From NCBI GenBank assembly GCA_001799735.1, contig MGUA01000001.1, positions 30,554-94,553 of the forward strand: 64,000 bases of DNA. The letters run 5' to 3'. Positions 60,009 to 64,000 of this stretch are shown one piece after another (the stretch's first letter is position 1; each line of letters begins with the position of its first letter). Both the position numbers and the translations under genes were made by a program. Below the pieces are notes generated by a model. The model saw nothing but the letters and a program-made list of their open reading frames with translations, was not told where the DNA came from and did not search any database. This stretch comes from Elusimicrobia bacterium GWB2_63_22 (lineage in GTDB: Bacteria > Elusimicrobiota > Elusimicrobia > Elusimicrobiales > UBA9959).

Positions 60009-60812
60009 ATGAAAAAACTTTTTGCGTTACTCGGGACGGCGGCCCTGCTGGCCGCCTGTTCGGGCAAGGACGGCAAGGTAGTGGCGCGCGTCGGCTCCGA
60101 AAAGATAACGGAGAGCTACCTGCAGGAGAAGTTCGCGGAGATCAGCCCGGCCGCGCAGGAATACCTGGCCTCCAAGCCCGGCCGCAAGCAGTTCCTGGAC
60201 GTGCTCATCCACGAGCGCCTGATGCTGCTGGCCGCCCGCAAGAGCCGCGTGGCCTCCGGCGACGACTACAAGGCCCGGATGCGCCAGAAAGAGGCCGAAA
60301 TGAAGACCACCCTGGAGTCCTACAGGGAATTCCTGCTGACCCGCATGTGGATAGAGGACATGCGCGAAGGCGAGCTGAAGGTCACCGACGTGGAAGTAAA
60401 GGATTATTACCAGAAATACCCGTACAAGGTCTCCCTCGCCCACATCCTCCTGCCCAGCTACGAGGAGGCCGAGAAAGTGGTTAAGCGGCTCAAGGCCGGG
60501 GCGGATTTCGACCGGACCGCCAAGGAATACTCCCTGGACAAGGAGACCGTGCGCCTGCCGCCCGTGATGTACGGGGAGTTCCTCCCCGAGCTCGAGGACA
60601 TGGCCTTCAAGATGCGCACCGGGGAGACCCAGGGGATAGTGAAGACCCAGCTGGGCTTCCATATCATAAAGAAGCTTTCGCAGGAGAAGGCGGACGAGGC
60701 CCAGGCGATGGACCGGGTCCGCAAGATCCTGGAGAAGAAAAAATTCGACGCTTACCTGGCCAAGTTCCAGGAAAAGAACAAAGTGGAGGTCTTAGATGAG
60801 AACTATAAATAA
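60009..60812 (+). CDS. parvulin-type peptidyl-prolyl isomerase lipoprotein (PrsA/PpiC-like)
   Basis: 267 aa. Lipobox LLAA/C. PpiC domain (..VSLAHILL..EAEKVVKRLKAGADFDRTAKEYS..GEFLPELEDMAFKMRTGETQGIVKTQLGFHIIK). Confidence 0.8.
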   Translation: MKKLFALLGTAALLAACSGKDGKVVARVGSEKITESYLQEKFAEISPAAQEYLASKPGRKQFLDVLIHERLMLLAARKSRVASGDDYKARMRQKEAEMKTTLESYREFLLTRMWIEDMREGELKVTDVEVKDYYQKYPYKVSLAHILLPSYEEAEKVVKRLKAGADFDRTAKEYSLDKETVRLPPVMYGEFLPELEDMAFKMRTGETQGIVKTQLGFHIIKKLSQEKADEAQAMDRVRKILEKKKFDAYLAKFQEKNKVEVLDENYK

Positions 60813-61902
60813 ATTCATAGCCGCCGCGGCCCTGTGCGCCGCCGCCATTCCCGCCCAGGCCAAGGTGGTGGAGGAACTCGCCGCGCGCGTCAACAACGAG
60901 CCGGTGACCATCTCCGACTACAAGCGAGCCAAGGAGGCCCTGACGGAGCAGTACGCCGCCGCGATGCCCGACTTCTTCAAGCAGAAGGACGCCGAGGCCC
61001 AGATAGAGAAGGCCGCCCTGGACAAGCTGGTGGACGAGGCGCTGCTGCGGCAGAAAGCCGAAGCCCTCAAGATAAAGGTTTACGAGCGGGAGCTGGAGGC
61101 CGGCGTGGGCGAGATCCGCAAGCGCTTCTCGCGCTCCCCGGACGGCGCGCAACTCTCCACCGAGAAGGCCGAGGCGGCCTTCCGCGGCGAGCTCAAGCGG
61201 GAAGGCGTGACCATGGAGGAATTCCGCGAGCGCATCCGCAAGCAGCTGATGGTGCAGAAGCTGGTGCAGGACGCCGTTAAAACCCGCGTGAAGATGCCCT
61301 CCGAAGCCGAGGTTAAAGCTTATTTCGACAACATCAACCTGGCCCTGAAGGGCGAGGAAGCCTCCATAAAGGGCCTGGACGCGGAAGCCATGCAGGACCT
61401 GCTGGCCGTAGCCGGGCGCTTCAAGGAGATCACCGCCGAACGCCTGCGCCTGCGCCACATACTGGTAAAGGTCAAGGAAGGCGCCGCGCCCGAAGAGAAG
61501 AAGGCCGCCCAGGCCAAGGCCGCCGCGCTCCGCAAGGACATGGACGGCGAGCTGGCCTTCGACGAGGCCGTGGAGAAGAATTCGGACGACCAGGAGAGCG
61601 CCCGCCGCGGCGGGGACCTGGGCTACGTGGTCAAAGGGATGCTGCCGGCCGAAATAGAGGCCGCCGCCTTCAAGATGCAGGTCGGCGAGAATTCCCAGCC
61701 GGTGGAGAGCAAGTTCGGCTGGCATATCCTGCGCCTGGAAGAGAAGCGCGCCGCGCAGAGGCTGCGCTTCGAGACCGTCAAGGAAGACCTTGAGCAGGTG
61801 CTGGCGCAGAACGGCTTCGCCACCGAGCTCGGCGGGTACATAAAGGACCTGCGCAAGGACGCCAAAATTCAGGTTTTCCTGGGCGAGAAGAAAGCCGACT
61901 GA
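60796..61902 (+). CDS. SurA-like periplasmic chaperone / parvulin PPIase
   Basis: 368 aa with a signal peptide (..AAAIPAQA/KVVE). SurA_N-like start (ARVNNEPVTISDYKRA). Parvulin domain (LRHILVKV..GGDLGYVVKGMLPAEIEAAAFKMQVGENSQPVESKFGWHILRLEEKR). Confidence 0.8.
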   Translation: MRTINKFIAAAALCAAAIPAQAKVVEELAARVNNEPVTISDYKRAKEALTEQYAAAMPDFFKQKDAEAQIEKAALDKLVDEALLRQKAEALKIKVYERELEAGVGEIRKRFSRSPDGAQLSTEKAEAAFRGELKREGVTMEEFRERIRKQLMVQKLVQDAVKTRVKMPSEAEVKAYFDNINLALKGEEASIKGLDAEAMQDLLAVAGRFKEITAERLRLRHILVKVKEGAAPEEKKAAQAKAAALRKDMDGELAFDEAVEKNSDDQESARRGGDLGYVVKGMLPAEIEAAAFKMQVGENSQPVESKFGWHILRLEEKRAAQRLRFETVKEDLEQVLAQNGFATELGGYIKDLRKDAKIQVFLGEKKAD

Positions 61903-61963
61903 CGGCTCAGGCCGCAACCGGCCGCGGAAGGCTCCCGCCCTCCGCGGCCGTAATTTTAATACC

Positions 61964-62902
61964 GTGAAACCTTCCATCCTCATAACCGCCGGCGACCCGT
62001 ACGGCATAGGCCCAGAAATAACGGTGCGTGCCCTCAGGGATCCCGCCGTGCGGCGGGCCTGCAGCCCGGCCGTCATAGGCGACACCGCCGCCCTGCGGCG
62101 CGCCGGCTGGACGGCGGCCCTGTGCCCGCTTTTTCCCGAGGACGTCCGGGGGCGCCTGCCGCGCAGGCCTGGCCCCAGCGCCGCGGGCGGCGAGGCTTCC
62201 CTGCACGCCGTAACCGGCGCCTGGGCGCTCATGAAAAGCCGCGCTTTCGCCGCGCTGGTCACCGCCCCTGTCTGCAAGGAGTCCTGGGCGCTCGCCGGGG
62301 CGCCCGCGCCGGCGCACACGGACCTGTTCCGGCTGCTGGGGGGCAGGGAACCGCTCATGCTCTTCTCCCGCGGCTCCGTAAACGCCGCGCTGGTCACGGA
62401 ACACCTGCCGGTAAAAGATCTCGCCCGCAGGCTCACCGGGCCGCTGCTGAAGACAAAAGCCCGCCTTTTCGCCGGGGCGCTGGAGGCGCTCGGTCTAAAA
62501 CGGCCGACAATTACCCTCTGCGCGCTTAACCCGCACGCCGGGGACGGCGGCGTTATCGGGTCGGAGGAACTCCGGACGCTGGCGCCCGCCGCCAGGGCGC
62601 TGCGGCGCGGCGGCATGGATATAACCCTGCCCGTCCCTTCTGACGCCGCCTGGGCCAGGCACCTGGCCGGGGAGAGCGACGGCATCCTCTGCCTTTACCA
62701 CGACCAGGCCCTGGTCCCGCTCAAGGTAGCGCCCGGAGACGCCCCGGCCGTACACTGGACCTGGGGCCTGCCCTTCCCCCGCACCTCCCCCGCGCACGGC
62801 ACGGCCTTCGACATAGCGGGCAGGAACAAGGCCGACGCCTCCGGCATGGCGGGAGCTATAATTTTCGCCGCCAAACTTGCGGCCCGGGGAGCGCGGTCAT
62901 GA
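61964..62902 (+). CDS. pdxA: 4-hydroxythreonine-4-phosphate dehydrogenase
   Basis: 312 aa. MKPSILITAGDPYGIGPEI.., ..ALNPHAGDGG.., ..YHDQALVPLK.. and ..SPAHGTAFDIAG.. are PdxA hallmarks. Confidence 0.9.
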   Translation: MKPSILITAGDPYGIGPEITVRALRDPAVRRACSPAVIGDTAALRRAGWTAALCPLFPEDVRGRLPRRPGPSAAGGEASLHAVTGAWALMKSRAFAALVTAPVCKESWALAGAPAPAHTDLFRLLGGREPLMLFSRGSVNAALVTEHLPVKDLARRLTGPLLKTKARLFAGALEALGLKRPTITLCALNPHAGDGGVIGSEELRTLAPAARALRRGGMDITLPVPSDAAWARHLAGESDGILCLYHDQALVPLKVAPGDAPAVHWTWGLPFPRTSPAHGTAFDIAGRNKADASGMAGAIIFAAKLAARGARS

Positions 62903-63510
62903 TAGAACTCATCGGCTACATCGCCTCGGCGCTGGTGGCCGTTTCGCTGCTGACCAGCAACGTGCTGCGCCTGCGCGTGCTCAACCTCGCCGGGGCGGCG
63001 GTGTTCGTGGTCTACGCGGGCATCACGCAAGCCTGGCCGGTGCTGGCGGTAAACCTGTTCGTGGCCGCCATAGACCTCTGGCACATAGTGGTCCTGCGGG
63101 CCAGGAAGGACATCTTCAAACTCATGCAGGTCTCCAACTCCGACCCGCTGCTGGCCAACTTCCTGGCCTACCACGCGCGCGGCATCTGGCAGTTCTTCCC
63201 GGATTTCGACCTGGCCGCGCTGAAGGCGCCGCGCTGCATCTTCATCCTGCGCAACCTCCTGCCGGTAGGCCTGTTCGTCTATTCCGAAGAGCGCCCGGCG
63301 ATAAGGATACACCTCGACTATGTGGCCGAGGACTACAGGGACCTCAAGAGCGCGCGCTACCTGTTCAACAGGCCGCAGAACCCGGAGCTGTTCGCGGGCT
63401 TCACGCATTTCGAGGCGGCGGGCAGCTCCCCCAGGCACGCGGACTACCTGCGCCGGGTGGGCTTCGCCGAGGAAGAGGGACGGAAGGGATTTTTCAGGAA
63501 AAGTATCTGA
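62899..63510 (+). CDS. membrane protein, YgjV-like N-terminus with an uncharacterised C-terminal domain
   Basis: 203 aa. Start overlaps the pdxA stop (ATGA). Three N-terminal TM helices (IGYIASALVAVSLL.., LNLAGAAVFVVYAGI.., VLAVNLFVAAIDLWHIVVL). Family call is tentative. Confidence 0.55.
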   Translation: MIELIGYIASALVAVSLLTSNVLRLRVLNLAGAAVFVVYAGITQAWPVLAVNLFVAAIDLWHIVVLRARKDIFKLMQVSNSDPLLANFLAYHARGIWQFFPDFDLAALKAPRCIFILRNLLPVGLFVYSEERPAIRIHLDYVAEDYRDLKSARYLFNRPQNPELFAGFTHFEAAGSSPRHADYLRRVGFAEEEGRKGFFRKSI

Positions 63511-63513
63511 CGG

Positions 63514-63990
63514 CTACGGCACCTGCTGCAGGCGCACCGGCACGCCCTTGGGCACCGGCGCCATGGCGTAGGCCTCGCGCGTATCGCTGGAGGTTTCGGC
63601 CGCCATCGCCAGGGGGTTGACGCGGTATTTCACCAAGGTCTCTTTTTTGCCCGGCTCCACGCCGGCCACGCTGAAGATGCCGCTCGGGAAGTCGGAGAGC
63701 GAGACCAGGATCAGCATGTTGAAAACCTTGAAATCCAGCTCGCGGGCCTTCACCTTCCTGGAGGAGATAAAAGCCGTCCAGGTCTCCGAGGTCTTGAAGA
63801 TCTTGTAGTCCACCGGGGCGCTCAGCATGGTCAGGCCTTCCTGGCCGGGCCTGCGGCCCAGTTCCGGCATGGTGGACACGTAGAGAAGCTTGGTTTCTTT
63901 GCCGGCCGGCCCGCCCACCGTTATCTTCTTGTCGAAATCGGAGTCTTTAAGGGCGATAGGGGCCGGCTTCTTCTTATCCCCCCCGCTCAT
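63514..63990 (-). CDS. hypothetical protein (5' end possibly beyond the window)
   Basis: 158-aa ORF from the ATG at 63990. The frame stays open to the window edge, so the true start may lie upstream. No family recognised. Confidence 0.45.
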   Translation of the reverse strand: MSGGDKKKPAPIALKDSDFDKKITVGGPAGKETKLLYVSTMPELGRRPGQEGLTMLSAPVDYKIFKTSETWTAFISSRKVKARELDFKVFNMLILVSLSDFPSGIFSVAGVEPGKKETLVKYRVNPLAMAAETSSDTREAYAMAPVPKGVPVRLQQVP

Positions 63991-64000
63991 CTCGGTGAGC

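Noticed and set aside
60664-62685. 673-aa minus-strand ORF covering the PPIase and pdxA genes
   Set aside because: It is antisense to three plus-strand genes with strong motifs (two parvulin domains, PdxA). The composition (Arg/Pro/Ser/Ala) is typical of a spurious GC-rich frame.

Overview
High-GC chromosomal segment of a diderm bacterium. Hand counts: backbone line 60841-60900 is 42/60 G+C; lines 40681-40740 and 49261-49320 in the accessory block are 25/60 and 24/60. I call 57 protein genes and one tmRNA (ssrA, invisible to the ORF track). I recognised no rRNA, tRNA, CRISPR array, transposase or integrase. Layout: (1) 0.05-4.3 kb holds envelope genes. (2) 4.4-16.3 kb is an all-minus-strand array of three modules, each pairing a secreted cargo carrying a T9SS-type C-terminal domain with its own PorV-like barrel; two barrels are fused to OmpA domains. 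(3) 16.4-27.1 kb holds a small OM barrel, a DUF4833-like lipoprotein, catalase, a non-haem haloperoxidase-type hydrolase, OM phospholipase A, DUF4105, TamB/TamA and an AI-2E permease. (4) 27.3-39.6 kb holds envelope-stress-like genes (BON, YtxH-like, small OM barrels). They are interleaved with a PAS sensor that has a DHp domain but no kinase domain, three NarL/LuxR-type regulators (one REC-only) and a ~1300-aa CheB-CheR-PAS-PAS histidine kinase. (5) 39.7-50.3 kb is a visibly lower-GC block abutting the 3' end of ssrA and bracketed by near-identical palindromes. It encodes a radical SAM/SPASM enzyme, a 60-aa secreted peptide, an orphan family-5 SBP, a hybrid HK, a 60-aa DHp-like mini-protein, a sigma54 activator and a Cys-rich secreted protein behind a sigma54 promoter. 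(6) 51-64 kb is housekeeping: cNMP-binding protein, mfd, alr, a sensor HK, PBP1A, two parvulin PPIases and pdxA. The three most unusual signals are: a ~66-nt promoter/operator cassette present 7 times (plus 2 partial copies) in front of envelope genes; the cargo/PorV-OmpA modules; and the island-borne rSAM/peptide/SBP/HK/sigma54 circuit. All family names come from motif recognition by eye. No database search or folding program was available, so functional calls are hypotheses to be checked.
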